The notes: a model not told the origin generated them from the sequence alone. A stretch of 64,000 nt of DNA from Ignavibacteriota bacterium (GCA_963727825.1 CAVSHO010000001.1:96001-160000), one strand, 5' to 3'. Positions 19,309-30,190 are shown, counted from the stretch's first letter. Made by a program: numbers and translations.

Positions 19309-20514
19309 ATGAATCGTTATTCCAAATCCGTTTCTTCTCTTCGTACATCAGAGATCCGAGATCTCATGGGGCTTGCAACGCGGGCGGATATTATTTCGTT
19401 TGCCGGCGGTATGCCGGGTAACGAACTGTTTCCCGTTGAAGAAATCGACGAGATCTATAACAATTTGCCCCTCGATATAAAACAAACTGCTTTTCAATAT
19501 GGCCCTACACCTGGGTACCCACCACTACTTGAATCTTTGAAAGAGTATTTAAAAAAGAAAGGAATGCCGGTTGAAACAAACAAGTTGATGATTACAACCG
19601 GTTCTTTGCAGGCGATCAATATTCTTGCAAAAGTATTTATCAATCCGGAGGATTTAGTTGTTACGGAAAATCCTTGTTTTATTGGAGGAATTTCTGCATT
19701 CAAATCATATCAAGCAAATCTTCACGGAATAAATTTGGATGACAATGGAATTGATATCTTTTCTTTGAAGAGTTTTTTAGATGGTACGAAATATATGCCC
19801 CCAAAATTTATTTATCTTACGCCAAACTTTCATAATCCTGCCGGCATACTTTATACAGAACAGCGAAAGGAAGAATTGGTGCCTGTGCTTCAAGAGCATG
19901 ATTTAATGCTAATCGAAGATGATGCATATGGCGAATTGTATTTCGATGAAGAAGCGAAAAAAAGAGTAGTTCCTTTGAAAGCATTATATGAAGGTAAGCT
20001 TGATATATGTTATACAAGCTCTTTTTCAAAAATACTCGGGCCTGGTTTTAGATTAGGTTGGATGTTAGTACCTAATGAGATTTATCAGAAAGCAGAATTG
20101 TGCAAGCAGTCAATGGATGCTTGTTCTCCTAACTTTACGCAAGTTTTAGCAAATGAATTCCTGCGAAGCGGTAAGATGGATCTCTACATAAAAAAAATGC
20201 GGGTAATTTATAGGCGGCGTAAAGATACAATGGCTATTGCCATCCGCAAATATTTTCCCGATGAAATTACTTGGGTGGAGCCAAAAGGCGGGTTTTACAT
20301 TTGGTTAAAATTACCATCGAAAATTGATATTATGTCCGTGCTAAAAGCAAGCATCGAAAAAGGTGCTGTATTTGTAATTGGAAAAACATTCGATCCAGAA
20401 GGGGAGGATAATAGTCATTTCAGGTTGGCATACTCGCACACCCCTGAAGATAAAATCGAAAAAGGTATTCATATTCTTGGCGATGCGTTGAAGAAAGCAA
20501 TGGCACAATCATAG
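19309..20514 (+). CDS. PLP-dependent class I aminotransferase (LysN / aromatic aminotransferase-like)
   Basis: ISFAGGMP, PNFHNPAG, IEDDAY, SSFSKILGPGFRLGW. Confidence 0.88.
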   Translation: MNRYSKSVSSLRTSEIRDLMGLATRADIISFAGGMPGNELFPVEEIDEIYNNLPLDIKQTAFQYGPTPGYPPLLESLKEYLKKKGMPVETNKLMITTGSLQAINILAKVFINPEDLVVTENPCFIGGISAFKSYQANLHGINLDDNGIDIFSLKSFLDGTKYMPPKFIYLTPNFHNPAGILYTEQRKEELVPVLQEHDLMLIEDDAYGELYFDEEAKKRVVPLKALYEGKLDICYTSSFSKILGPGFRLGWMLVPNEIYQKAELCKQSMDACSPNFTQVLANEFLRSGKMDLYIKKMRVIYRRRKDTMAIAIRKYFPDEITWVEPKGGFYIWLKLPSKIDIMSVLKASIEKGAVFVIGKTFDPEGEDNSHFRLAYSHTPEDKIEKGIHILGDALKKAMAQS

Positions 20515-20583
20515 CATTCCAATTCCGGAAATCTATTTCTAAATCGAATTCCTGCGTTAATTCCCAATAATTCAAAAAAAAAC

Positions 20584-21519
20584 ATGATATATAATACAAA
20601 ACGATTGACATCTTATTTAATCGTCGTATTTCTTTTGTTTGCGGATCTTTCATCTTCACAAAACCAGAATAATCCTTTACCGGTTAAAAATGTGAACAAT
20701 GAAGATCAGTACAACATCTATTTTCGTAAAGCAGACAATCACTTAGGCAAATATGAATTTGAAGAGTCCATTAAGGATTGCGAATTAGCCCTAAATTATA
20801 ATGCGAATGATTTTCTCATACGTGCAATGATGTGTCTGAATTATTATGAAATTGCAGAAAGACTTGACGTGAAGAAGTCTGGCGACAAAGATAAAAAGAT
20901 CGAGATATATAAAAAAATGATTCAGATTGCGGAAAAAGGAATAGCTTGTGCGCCAGATAAGGGTGAGTGCTATTTCATGCGGGGATTGGCAAATGCAAGA
21001 ATGGCAACAACTAAAGGAGTTCTTTCCCAATTGTTTACAGCGAAACAAATTGAGACTGATTGGCTAGTGGCAGTAAATCGCAAATCTGATTATGTGACAC
21101 CAAATGGGGAGAACCTTCAAGCATCCAGTTGTTTGGCGCTTGGAGTATACTATCGACTCTGTCCGACTTTCTTTTTGCTCAAATGGATATTTGGAATCAG
21201 TGGCGATCTTGAAAAAGCGGTTACATATTGCAGGAAGGCATATGATCTGGATTCGACAAGAATTGAGATTGTAAAAGAATATGGTGTTGCACTGATAACG
21301 CGTGGATTGGAATCTAAGAACGAAAATGATATCGAACGAGGCAAAGAATATTTGCGAAAGGTGGCTTCTCTGCCGTTACGGTTACAGACAGATAAAACTG
21401 ATATCGAACATAGTAAAATGCTTCTAGAGAATATAAGCTTATGCCCAGGATATTCAAGAGATGAAGAACAAGATGTTTCCAAAGAAACATTTACTAAGGA
21501 AAATTCAGTGTCGCACTGA
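20584..21519 (+). CDS. Exported TPR-like hypothetical protein
   Basis: N-terminal hydrophobic signal; helical TPR-like segments (AVTYCRKAYDLD, GECYFMRG). Confidence 0.6.
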   Translation: MIYNTKRLTSYLIVVFLLFADLSSSQNQNNPLPVKNVNNEDQYNIYFRKADNHLGKYEFEESIKDCELALNYNANDFLIRAMMCLNYYEIAERLDVKKSGDKDKKIEIYKKMIQIAEKGIACAPDKGECYFMRGLANARMATTKGVLSQLFTAKQIETDWLVAVNRKSDYVTPNGENLQASSCLALGVYYRLCPTFFLLKWIFGISGDLEKAVTYCRKAYDLDSTRIEIVKEYGVALITRGLESKNENDIERGKEYLRKVASLPLRLQTDKTDIEHSKMLLENISLCPGYSRDEEQDVSKETFTKENSVSH

Positions 21520-21552
21520 ACTTGTTATTGCGATGAATATCGCTTATGACTG

Positions 21553-22179
21553 TTATGCCAAATGGTTGTTTACGCTCGCAAGAATATCGGAAGTAGAAGT
21601 TTCTAAAGAAGTGCGATAATGTTCTACCTCAGTTTTAGTTTGAGCAACAAAGTCAGCATCAATTAATGAACCGAGGTTAATTTTAACATTCAACATCGCC
21701 CCTTCACACCCTGCATGCAACATCAGCGCGGCGACACCGGCATCAGAAATAGAATTTTGATTTCCCTTTTCCACAATTATTTTGACAAGTTCCATTGCTT
21801 CAATGCAAAGTCCTATGAGTCTTAGCGGAACGAGTGTAGCCATTTTTATTGCATTCTGAATTTCTACTGCACGTTTTACTTTCTGTTCTTCTGTTTCCTT
21901 TGGCAATCCATATGCCGCCATAACCTGGTCGAATGCTAAAGTGTCTTCTTCGATAATTGAATTGAACTTAGCGCGGAGGTTTTCGGATTGCTTCAGTGTT
22001 TTTTCCATTTCTACCTGCACATCAGCATATTTCCTTTTGCCGATGGTGAGTCGGCAGACCATTGAAGCAAGTGCGGCTCCAAGTGACGCAGCAACCGCAG
22101 AAACACTTCCACCGCCGGGCGCAGGAGTGTCGGACGCAATTTCATTGAGAAAGTAAGTAACAGAAAGAGAAGTAAGCAT
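21553..22179 (-). CDS. Formiminotetrahydrofolate cyclodeaminase
   Basis: ASDTPAPGGGSVSA, GNQNSISDAGVA, NVKINL. Confidence 0.9.
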   Translation of the reverse strand: MLTSLSVTYFLNEIASDTPAPGGGSVSAVAASLGAALASMVCRLTIGKRKYADVQVEMEKTLKQSENLRAKFNSIIEEDTLAFDQVMAAYGLPKETEEQKVKRAVEIQNAIKMATLVPLRLIGLCIEAMELVKIIVEKGNQNSISDAGVAALMLHAGCEGAMLNVKINLGSLIDADFVAQTKTEVEHYRTSLETSTSDILASVNNHLA

Positions 22180-22236
22180 ATTAAATCCTATGAGCTAATA
22201 TCGCGCTTCAGCTTCGTTCACTATGAGGTGCTTAAT

Positions 22237-23259
22237 TTAAATTTGGTATTCTATGATTTTATTCTTCGTGTCGAACGGTTCAAATTGGCTTAATCCTAAT
22301 TTCTCGACAGCGAGTGCAACATATTCTTGCTCAGTAAGTATTTTTTTATCTGAGTAATACTTTCCCGCCTTCAACATTGCAGCAAGCGGTGTCAACCCAA
22401 CAATTTCGCTTCCGGTAACGCCGATGTCGAGTGCTTGCGCTTGCTTTTTGACTTCTTCAAAAGCTTCGTGAATAGAAGTAATTTCAAAATCTACTAAATT
22501 AATAGAAACTTGAGCGATATTGAATCGCCCCAGGAAAACTCCAAGAGCTTTCACGGCTTTAAGCGTGCCCGGAATTTTTATTGTTTCGCCATTTTCATTC
22601 TTTATCGGATTATCAAATTCATCTTTCAATACGCGGCCGCTTTCACGGATTCGCATTGCAATTTCATGTGCTAACGCAATGTCTTTTGTATTTAGATTGA
22701 CGTTGTACGCGATGAGAATACTTCTCGCTCCGGTGACAGTAGCGCCGGACTTTGAATTAAAAACTGGTTCACCATAATCTGGTTTCCACGCAGGGTCTTT
22801 CAGTTTCACGATTAGACCCTCATATTCGCCTCTGCGGATGTCAGAAAGATTTTTTCTATAATGTAAGCGAGATGCAAATTCATATAAATAAATTGGAATG
22901 TTCAGCTCAGATGCAACACGCCTGCCATAAATATTGGCAAGCTGCACACAATCACTCATTGAAACGCCGCTAATTGGGACAAATGGAACTACATCTGCAG
23001 CGCCGATACGAGGATGTTCACCTTTGTGCCGAGCCATATCGATATGTTCAGTCGCAACTTTTGTCGCTTGGAAAGCCGCTTCCAGCACGGCGCCTGGTTC
23101 ACCAATGAATGTTATTACTGTTCGATTGTAATCTTTATCCGGTTCAACATTTAGCAAACGAACGTTAGGCACATTTTGCACACTCGCGCCAATGGCATGG
23201 ATTGTCTCCTGATTTCGACCTTCGCTAAAATTAGGAACACATTCTACAAGTTTTCGCAT
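22237..23259 (-). CDS. ftcD: Glutamate formiminotransferase
   Basis: ECVPNFSEGR, HPRIGAADVVPFVP, IRRGEYEGL, GSEIVGL. Confidence 0.93.
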   Translation of the reverse strand: MRKLVECVPNFSEGRNQETIHAIGASVQNVPNVRLLNVEPDKDYNRTVITFIGEPGAVLEAAFQATKVATEHIDMARHKGEHPRIGAADVVPFVPISGVSMSDCVQLANIYGRRVASELNIPIYLYEFASRLHYRKNLSDIRRGEYEGLIVKLKDPAWKPDYGEPVFNSKSGATVTGARSILIAYNVNLNTKDIALAHEIAMRIRESGRVLKDEFDNPIKNENGETIKIPGTLKAVKALGVFLGRFNIAQVSINLVDFEITSIHEAFEEVKKQAQALDIGVTGSEIVGLTPLAAMLKAGKYYSDKKILTEQEYVALAVEKLGLSQFEPFDTKNKIIEYQI

Positions 23260-23276
23260 ATTGAATTCTTTCTAAA

Positions 23277-24542
23277 TTAAAAATCCAAATATGTTCCGCG
23301 TTTGATAACTTTAGCGACGTGGTTTGTTCCAAAATGATAAGCAAGATACCGATAGCTTGGAACATCGTAAAGCACAATGTCTGCTTGTTTGCCGATTTCA
23401 ATGCTGCCAAGTTTCTCTGACAGTCCAAGAGCAGCCGCTCCGTTGAGCGTGGAAGCGGTAATAGTTTCTTCCGGCGTCATTGACATTTGCGTGCAGGCAA
23501 TTGTCATCATCAATGGCATGCAATAAGACATACAAGTACCAGGATTGAAATTTGATGCAATCGCTAGCGGAATACCAGCATCAATAATCTTCCTCGCGGG
23601 CGAATAATCGCAGTGAAGGAAGAACGAAACGCCGGGAAGAATGGTTGCAATAGTTCCGGATTGTTTTAATGCAGCAATTCCTTCATCGTTGATCTGCTCA
23701 AGATGGTCGGCAGAGATCGCTCCCATTTCTGCTGCAAGTTTCGATGCGCCAATCTGCGTTAGCTGATCTGCATGAATTTTTATGTTCATACCAAGCGATT
23801 TAGCTGTTTTAAAAATTCTCCTGCATTGTTCAACAGAAAAATATCCTTGCTCGCAAAAAGCATCGCAGAATTTTGCAAGTTTGCGCTGCGCAATGTAAGG
23901 AAGCATCCGTGTGCAAATGAGATCAACATAACCGTCGGAATTGTTCTTGAATTCCGGTGGTACTGCGTGAGCTCCGAGAAATGTCGATGTAATGTCCATT
24001 AGACATTCGTCGGCAAGCTCATTTATCGCTTCCAGTATTCTAATTTCATCTTTTTCGCTCAATCCGTACCCGGATTTAATTTCTACAGTTGTTGTTCCCT
24101 CCGTGAGCATTGCATCCAGATGCCGGTGAGCGAGTTTCTTCAATTCCTTTTTAGTTGCGGTTCGTGTTGCGTTAACAGTATTGAGAATTCCTCCGCCAGC
24201 TTGTGCAATCTCCTGATATGTTTTTTCACGAAGCGATGGATTCCCACCTTCAGCTCGCAATGCAAACTCATTTTCTCGTGTTCCAGCAAAAATCAAATGC
24301 GTATGTGAATCTACAAACCCAGGCAGTCCAACCAAATCTGTAGCATCAATAATGTCGATATTTTCATTCAATGTTTGCGTGAATTCGGCGTTTCGACCAA
24401 TCCCTTTGAAGGTTCCGTTTTCAATTAATACAGTTGCGTTTTCGATAATGCCGAGATCACGCATTTCTTTGCCGGATTTGAACGGCATGCCATTCGCGCG
24501 GACAGTAACGAGTTGCTTGATATTTTTTATGAGAAGATTCAT
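23277..24542 (-). CDS. hutI: Imidazolonepropionase
   Basis: PGFVDSHTH, GTTTVEIKSGYGL, FLGAH, HADQL, SADHLE. Confidence 0.94.
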   Translation of the reverse strand: MNLLIKNIKQLVTVRANGMPFKSGKEMRDLGIIENATVLIENGTFKGIGRNAEFTQTLNENIDIIDATDLVGLPGFVDSHTHLIFAGTRENEFALRAEGGNPSLREKTYQEIAQAGGGILNTVNATRTATKKELKKLAHRHLDAMLTEGTTTVEIKSGYGLSEKDEIRILEAINELADECLMDITSTFLGAHAVPPEFKNNSDGYVDLICTRMLPYIAQRKLAKFCDAFCEQGYFSVEQCRRIFKTAKSLGMNIKIHADQLTQIGASKLAAEMGAISADHLEQINDEGIAALKQSGTIATILPGVSFFLHCDYSPARKIIDAGIPLAIASNFNPGTCMSYCMPLMMTIACTQMSMTPEETITASTLNGAAALGLSEKLGSIEIGKQADIVLYDVPSYRYLAYHFGTNHVAKVIKRGTYLDF

Positions 24543-24632
24543 AAAATATTATTTTCTATTGATAGCAAGAAAAGAAGATAATGCTTTGGAATCAAGCCAA
24601 CGCACTAACAGAGTCAAGCCATTGTAAAGTGA

Positions 24633-26294
24633 TTAAAATTTTATCATAGGAACATTAATTGACCATTTCTTTGCATTATCAATTGCACGTTTGTATCCAG
24701 CATCAGCGTGGCGAATAATACCTAAACCGGGATCGTATGTCAATACTCTTTGCAATCTCGCTTCTGCTTCTTTGGTTCCATCGGCGACAACAACCATTCC
24801 AGCGTGGATAGATAAACCGATGCCAACTCCGCCGCCGTGGTGAACACTTACCCAGCTTGCACCGCCCGTTGCATTAAGAAGTGCATTAAGGATTGGCCAA
24901 TCTGCGATAGCGTCACTACCGTCAAGCATTTTTTCTGTTTCACGATTTGGCGACGCAACGCTGCCGCAATCGAGGTGGTCACGGCCAATGACGATAGGAG
25001 CTTTTACTTCTCCATTGGCAACAAGATCGTTGAAGATCTTTCCCATTTTTGCTCGTTCACCATACCCAAGCCAGCAGATGCGTGCCGGTAATCCCTGAAA
25101 CTCGACTTCCTTTTGAGCCTTATTAATCCAAGTGCATAACTGTTTATTCTGCGGAAATGTTTCCATCACTGCTTGGTCTGTGCGATAGATGTCTTCTGGA
25201 TCGCCTGAAAGAGCAACCCAACGGAATGGACCTTTGCCATCGCAGAAGAGTGGACGAATATATTCGGGCACAAAGCCGGGAATATCAAACGCCTTCTTCA
25301 CGCCATTTGCCAATGCTTCGCCGCGGATATTATTCCCATAGTCGAAAACAATGGCACCTTTCTGCTTCAGTTTCAACAAACCTTTCATATGATCAACGAT
25401 GGATGCTTTGGCGAGTGCAATGTATTTTTGAGGATCCTTTTTTCGAAGTTCGAGCGCTTTTGTATAAAGCATACCTGCAGGCACATAGCCGTTCAGGGTA
25501 TCGTGTGCAGATGTTTGATCGGTAACGATATCGGGCAGGAATTTCCCTGCCGCAATCTTTGGAATGATCTCTGCTGCATTCCCGAGTAGACCTACAGATA
25601 GAGGAATTTTCTTTTCTTTTGCCGCGCGAACTTGTGCGAGAGCATCATCAAGATTATTTGTCATTGTGTCTAAATAACTTGTCTCAAGGCGACGCTTGAT
25701 ACGATGCAGATCGACCTCAACAACAAGACAGGCGGCTCCGTTCATTGTTGCGGCGAGCGGCTGCGCTCCTCCCATACCGCCAAGGCCTGCGGTGAGCAAG
25801 AATTTGCCGGCAAGATTTTTTCCGAAATGTTTCGCTGCAGCTGCAGCAAATGTTTCGAATGTCCCTTGCAAAATCCCCTGCGTACCTATGTAAATCCAGC
25901 TTCCTGCTGTCATTTGTCCGTACATTGTCAGACCAAGTCCTTCAAGCCGGCGGAATTCTTCCCACGTTGCCCACTTTGGTACAAGCATAGAATTGCTGAT
26001 GAGAACGCGCGGTGCGTTTTCATGCGTCTTGAAGATGCCGACTGGCTTGCCGGATTGGACAAGCAATGTTTCATCATTCTCTAAATTCTTTAGGCTTTCA
26101 ACAATCGCATCGAAGCATTGCCAATTGCGGGCAGCCTTTCCTGTGCCGCCATAAACTATCAACTCCTGTGGTTTCTCGGCAACTTCCGGATCGAGATTGT
26201 TCATGAGCATCCGTAAAGCGGCTTCCTGAATCCAGCCCTTGCAGGTGAGTCGCATGCCGCGTGGTGCACGAATATTATGTCGTTTTAATTTCAT
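24633..26294 (-). CDS. hutU: Urocanate hydratase
   Basis: [54 protein letters not shown]. Confidence 0.97.
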   Translation of the reverse strand: MKLKRHNIRAPRGMRLTCKGWIQEAALRMLMNNLDPEVAEKPQELIVYGGTGKAARNWQCFDAIVESLKNLENDETLLVQSGKPVGIFKTHENAPRVLISNSMLVPKWATWEEFRRLEGLGLTMYGQMTAGSWIYIGTQGILQGTFETFAAAAAKHFGKNLAGKFLLTAGLGGMGGAQPLAATMNGAACLVVEVDLHRIKRRLETSYLDTMTNNLDDALAQVRAAKEKKIPLSVGLLGNAAEIIPKIAAGKFLPDIVTDQTSAHDTLNGYVPAGMLYTKALELRKKDPQKYIALAKASIVDHMKGLLKLKQKGAIVFDYGNNIRGEALANGVKKAFDIPGFVPEYIRPLFCDGKGPFRWVALSGDPEDIYRTDQAVMETFPQNKQLCTWINKAQKEVEFQGLPARICWLGYGERAKMGKIFNDLVANGEVKAPIVIGRDHLDCGSVASPNRETEKMLDGSDAIADWPILNALLNATGGASWVSVHHGGGVGIGLSIHAGMVVVADGTKEAEARLQRVLTYDPGLGIIRHADAGYKRAIDNAKKWSINVPMIKF

Positions 26295-26381
26295 AACGCC
26301 GCCTTTCGATAATTACGAAAGTGGTACACAACTTGATGTGGCCTCTAAAGTTTCAAATCAGAAATCTAAGAAACTGCGAGA

Positions 26382-26864
26382 CTATAATTTATACCCGATC
26401 TTCCGTAAAAAATCTTTACGCCATTTAATATCGCTCTCGGTCTCTATACCTCTTGATTTTTCGCCATCGATGATGCCGAGAATGCCGCGGCCTTGCTCGG
26501 TTTCTGCAATTATTACTTCTACAGGATTTGCAGTAGCGCAGAAAATGTTGCAGACTTCCGGAAGATTCTTTATCGCATTAAGAATATTTATCGGAAAACC
26601 ATTTTCTACAAATAAAATGAAGCAGTGCCCGCAGGAAAGTGACAGGGCATTCTTCTTTGCTATCTCAATGAGTGCATCGTCGTTGCCGGTCCAGCGGACA
26701 AGTGCCATACCGGATGATTCGCAGAACCCAAGGCCGAATTTCATCTGCGGATTTGTTTGCACGATGGCTTCGTGAATATCTTCCACTGTTTTAATGAAAT
26801 GCGATTGCCCGAGAATAAAATTAGTTGCTTCCGGCTTTTCAATTTTGATTGTTTTTAATTCCAT
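26382..26864 (-). CDS. Adenosine-specific kinase family protein (DUF355)
   Basis: NFILGQSHFIKTVEDI, FCESSG, FCATANP, RKIGYKL. Confidence 0.87.
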   Translation of the reverse strand: MELKTIKIEKPEATNFILGQSHFIKTVEDIHEAIVQTNPQMKFGLGFCESSGMALVRWTGNDDALIEIAKKNALSLSCGHCFILFVENGFPINILNAIKNLPEVCNIFCATANPVEVIIAETEQGRGILGIIDGEKSRGIETESDIKWRKDFLRKIGYKL

Positions 26865-26892
26865 TTGTTTTCCTCAAATTATGTATAAAAGA

Positions 26893-27369
26893 TTAAACTA
26901 TTGTTTCTACAGGTATCAGAAACTTTAATAATCCAGTGCCTTGATGAATTGGAATTGATATATCCACTAATGCTAAACTGCATTTTTTCATTTCTATCTC
27001 AGGGCTTCGATTTTCATCAATAAGCAATGAGATTGCTTCAGATAAATATGGCTCGTGTCCGACTAGAAGCACCGACGATACTTTAAGTTTATTAAGCTGC
27101 TTGAATAGCTGCCGTGGATCAGAACCGTTTAACAATAATTCGCTGTAAACAATCTGCTTCTTATTGATGTTTGATAAGACAATAGATGTAGTATCTTGTG
27201 CGCGTTTGAGTGGACTTGAGAACGCTACATCAATAACAACATTTATTCGTTGGAGAAGTGTACTGATGAGCGTTGCTTGATGCCTACCAAGATCAGTAAG
27301 CGGGCGTTCGCTGTCGTCAATTCGCGAATCGGAAGAAGCGTCGCCGTGTCGGAGGAAGTAAATATGCAT
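26893..27369 (-). CDS. sixA: Phosphohistidine phosphatase SixA
   Basis: LRHGDA, RPLT, SSPLKRA, LVGHEP. Confidence 0.88.
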   Translation of the reverse strand: MHIYFLRHGDASSDSRIDDSERPLTDLGRHQATLISTLLQRINVVIDVAFSSPLKRAQDTTSIVLSNINKKQIVYSELLLNGSDPRQLFKQLNKLKVSSVLLVGHEPYLSEAISLLIDENRSPEIEMKKCSLALVDISIPIHQGTGLLKFLIPVETIV

Positions 27370-27431
27370 AGTCGTGTTACCAGAATTCTGGAAACCACTG
27401 TGCAAACCGAAAGAGCAGATTGAAAGCTCTG

Positions 27432-28811
27432 CTATGGTTTCGTCAAATTGTATTGTTGAATTTTTGTGTAAAGAGTTTTAAGACTGATGCCAAGAATTTG
27501 CGATGCTGTGTTTTTATTCCAACCGACAGTTTTAAGGACGCCTGCAATGTGAAATTTTTCGATTTCGTGTATCGAAACTGCACTTCCGATTTGTGGACCG
27601 CTTGTCGCAGTGGTAGTTTCTTTGATTAGACTTGCGCGTTTACCGATGGGGAGAGCTATGTCTTCAATGCAAATAAGATTTTCTTTACACAGAATGCTGG
27701 CACGTTCGATTACATTTTCTAATTCGCGCACATTGCCGGGCCAATCATATTTCATTAGAAGCTCCAGTGCCTTTGGTTCAATCATTTTCAATTCATGTGG
27801 ACGCACGCGATTCTTCAAAAAATAATCCACGAGTAGAGGAATGTCTTCCGATCTTTCTCGCAATGAAGGTACCGACAGCGTAATGACATTAATACGATAT
27901 AACAAGTCCTCGCGGAATTTTCCAGTACCGATTTCGTCATGTAAATCTTTATTCGTAGCAGAAATCACGCGTACATCTGATTTAAAATTCTTATTGCCGC
28001 CTACACGCCTATACTCACCTGTTTGTAGGAAGCGCAAAAGTTTTGGTTGAATCATTAAACTAATCTCGCCGATTTCATCGAGGAAGAGTGTGCCGCCATT
28101 TGCAATTTCAACAATACCCTGCTTCATTGCATGTGCATCGGTGAAAGCGCCCTTCTCATGACCAAATAATTCGCTTTCAAGCAAATTCTCCGGAATAGAT
28201 GCACAATTCAATGCAACGAACTGCTGGTCTTTACGCGAACTATTTTTGTGCAGGAAATTAGCGACAAGTTCTTTGCCCGTGCCGCTTGCACCCTGAATGA
28301 GAACAGGCGAATCGGTTGGCGCAACTTTGGCGGCTATATTCAGCAATTCTAACATCGGTTTGCTTTCACCAACAATATTGCCTGCGAATGTATGGCGCGC
28401 AAGTTCAGACTTTAAGACCTTGTTTTCGAGACTGAGACGCTTACGCTCCATTGCGTGTTCAATAACAGCAAGAAGTTCGTCTCCTGCATAGGGTTTCGTG
28501 ATGTAGCTGTATGCGCCTAATTGCATGCACTCGACTGCGATTTTCACATCGTGCACACCTGTAAGCATAATGACCTGCGTATCGAAGGAATGATCGCGTA
28601 TAAACTTCAACACTTCCACTCCATCAACGCGTGGAAGTTTAACATCCAGCAGAACGAGATCAAATATATGCTGCTGCAGGGCGTTAATGGCAAGAACGCC
28701 ATCTTTCGCAACTTCAACCCTGTATCCTTCTTGAGTGAGCAATACCTGAATGACTTGAAGGAACGATTCCTCGTCATCGACTGTAAGGATGGAAATAGAT
28801 TCGTTTTTCAT
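27432..28811 (-). CDS. Sigma-54-dependent NtrC-family response regulator
   Basis: Receiver domain, GASGTGKE, ESELFGHEKGAFTDA, FLDEIGE, WPGNVREL, Fis HTH. Confidence 0.93.
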   Translation of the reverse strand: MKNESISILTVDDEESFLQVIQVLLTQEGYRVEVAKDGVLAINALQQHIFDLVLLDVKLPRVDGVEVLKFIRDHSFDTQVIMLTGVHDVKIAVECMQLGAYSYITKPYAGDELLAVIEHAMERKRLSLENKVLKSELARHTFAGNIVGESKPMLELLNIAAKVAPTDSPVLIQGASGTGKELVANFLHKNSSRKDQQFVALNCASIPENLLESELFGHEKGAFTDAHAMKQGIVEIANGGTLFLDEIGEISLMIQPKLLRFLQTGEYRRVGGNKNFKSDVRVISATNKDLHDEIGTGKFREDLLYRINVITLSVPSLRERSEDIPLLVDYFLKNRVRPHELKMIEPKALELLMKYDWPGNVRELENVIERASILCKENLICIEDIALPIGKRASLIKETTTATSGPQIGSAVSIHEIEKFHIAGVLKTVGWNKNTASQILGISLKTLYTKIQQYNLTKP

Positions 28812-28835
28812 AATATATTCAGAATAAGAAAGCGT

Positions 28836-29942
28836 TTATCGGATGGGAAGTGCGAAATAGAATGTGGCCCCTTTGCCGACTTCCGATTCGACCCAAATTT
28901 TTCCGTTATGTGCTTCAATTATTCGCTGCGAAATGACGAGTCCAAGCCCGGACAATTTTTCTTTATTTGATTTATCAGAGACGAGATCGCGATAACGATC
29001 AAAAATTAACGGTAGTTCTTCCGGTGGAATGCCGGTACCGCTATTAAATACTGAAATCATTACATGCTCAGTCGGCTGTTGTCCTTCTTCCAGCACAAGA
29101 GCAACTTTGCGCACTTGCACAACGATTGCGCCTTGATGAGGTGTATGAGCAACGGCATTGCTCAAGAAATTTTTTATCACTTGTTCGATTTTTTCGGAAT
29201 CATATTCAAGCGATGGTAAATCAGGCTCGGCGTAGAAATCTAAAGTGATGTTGCTTGATTGAATTGGAACATTGAATTCTTGTGTTATATTTTGCGCCGA
29301 CGTTCCAAGACTGCTGATGCCTTTATTCAATCGTACGCGCCCGCCTTCAAGTTTTGTCAAGTCCATCATATCGGTTAAAAGATTTATCACTTTATCGATA
29401 GATGTAGTCATATAACCAAGCAATTCTTTCTGATGATCGCCGAGCGAACCAGCCATTCCCTTGAGCAAGTAGCCGATGCTTTGTCGAAGGCCGGCGATAG
29501 GATTGTGGAGATCATAGAGTAGGCGCGCAGTGTGTTCCGATTGCAAGCGGTGGATTCGGTCTTCGGCATCACGTGCGCGGATAATTCCTTTAAGTTGAGG
29601 TACAAGTTGGTCCATATCGATGGGCTTAGTGAGGTACTCTTTGGCGCCAAGCTTCATCGCTTCAACCGCCATACTAACATCGCTCATTCCCGTCATCATG
29701 ACGACTTCCGTTTGAGCTGAATTCTTTTTAATGTAGCGTAGAACTTCCAAACCATTGGCGCCAGGCATTTTAATATCGAGAATGGCAATATCAAAGTCCT
29801 TCTCTTGTACTTTCTTTATCGCTTCTACCCCATCGGCTGCTTGTTCGACATCGAATCCTTCATCAACAAGCCATGCGGCGACTGTCATACGAAGCGGATC
29901 TTCGTCATCGGCGATGAGAACTTGAATTTTTTCTTCACTCAT
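28836..29942 (-). CDS. Receiver-HisKA-HATPase protein with degenerate kinase motifs
   Basis: N-terminal REC (ADDE, DIKMPG, KP); H-box reads LLYDLHNP; G1 box reads FNSGTGI; SGLGL; GKGATFYF. Confidence 0.85.
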   Translation of the reverse strand: MSEEKIQVLIADDEDPLRMTVAAWLVDEGFDVEQAADGVEAIKKVQEKDFDIAILDIKMPGANGLEVLRYIKKNSAQTEVVMMTGMSDVSMAVEAMKLGAKEYLTKPIDMDQLVPQLKGIIRARDAEDRIHRLQSEHTARLLYDLHNPIAGLRQSIGYLLKGMAGSLGDHQKELLGYMTTSIDKVINLLTDMMDLTKLEGGRVRLNKGISSLGTSAQNITQEFNVPIQSSNITLDFYAEPDLPSLEYDSEKIEQVIKNFLSNAVAHTPHQGAIVVQVRKVALVLEEGQQPTEHVMISVFNSGTGIPPEELPLIFDRYRDLVSDKSNKEKLSGLGLVISQRIIEAHNGKIWVESEVGKGATFYFALPIR

Positions 29943-30133
29943 AAGCGATCGCTTTTGCTGGGTGACACACCTTCCCTATCAGCGCATTCTAATTGTCGAA
30001 TACAGCATCCAATCTGGAAAAATCTAGTATCAAGAAGCGCCAATTTTGTAATTTCTACTAACGGAAATAATAACCAGATTCGCTTGAAAAGTCAATTGCT
30101 TTCTCCTCTTTTGGCTATATAGAAGGGTTGAAA

Positions 30134-30161
30134 TTGACATCAAGCACTACTACATTAGAGT
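30134..30161 (+). promoter_or_regulatory. Possible sigma-70-type promoter of hutH
   Basis: TTGACA-16 bp-TAGAGT about 30 nt upstream of ATG 30191. Confidence 0.3.
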
Positions 30162-30190
30162 ACGAACTTCTATCAATCGATCGGTTTACA

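Noticed and set aside
20515-20575. Repeated AATTCC after the aminotransferase, and similar weak periodicity near 14240-14290 and 26350-26375
   Set aside because: Irregular spacing and no clear complementary partner array.
26322-26337. Sigma-54-like TGGTAC-N5-TTGA upstream of hutU
   Set aside because: It lies on the + strand, pointing away from hutU, and lacks the -12 GC.
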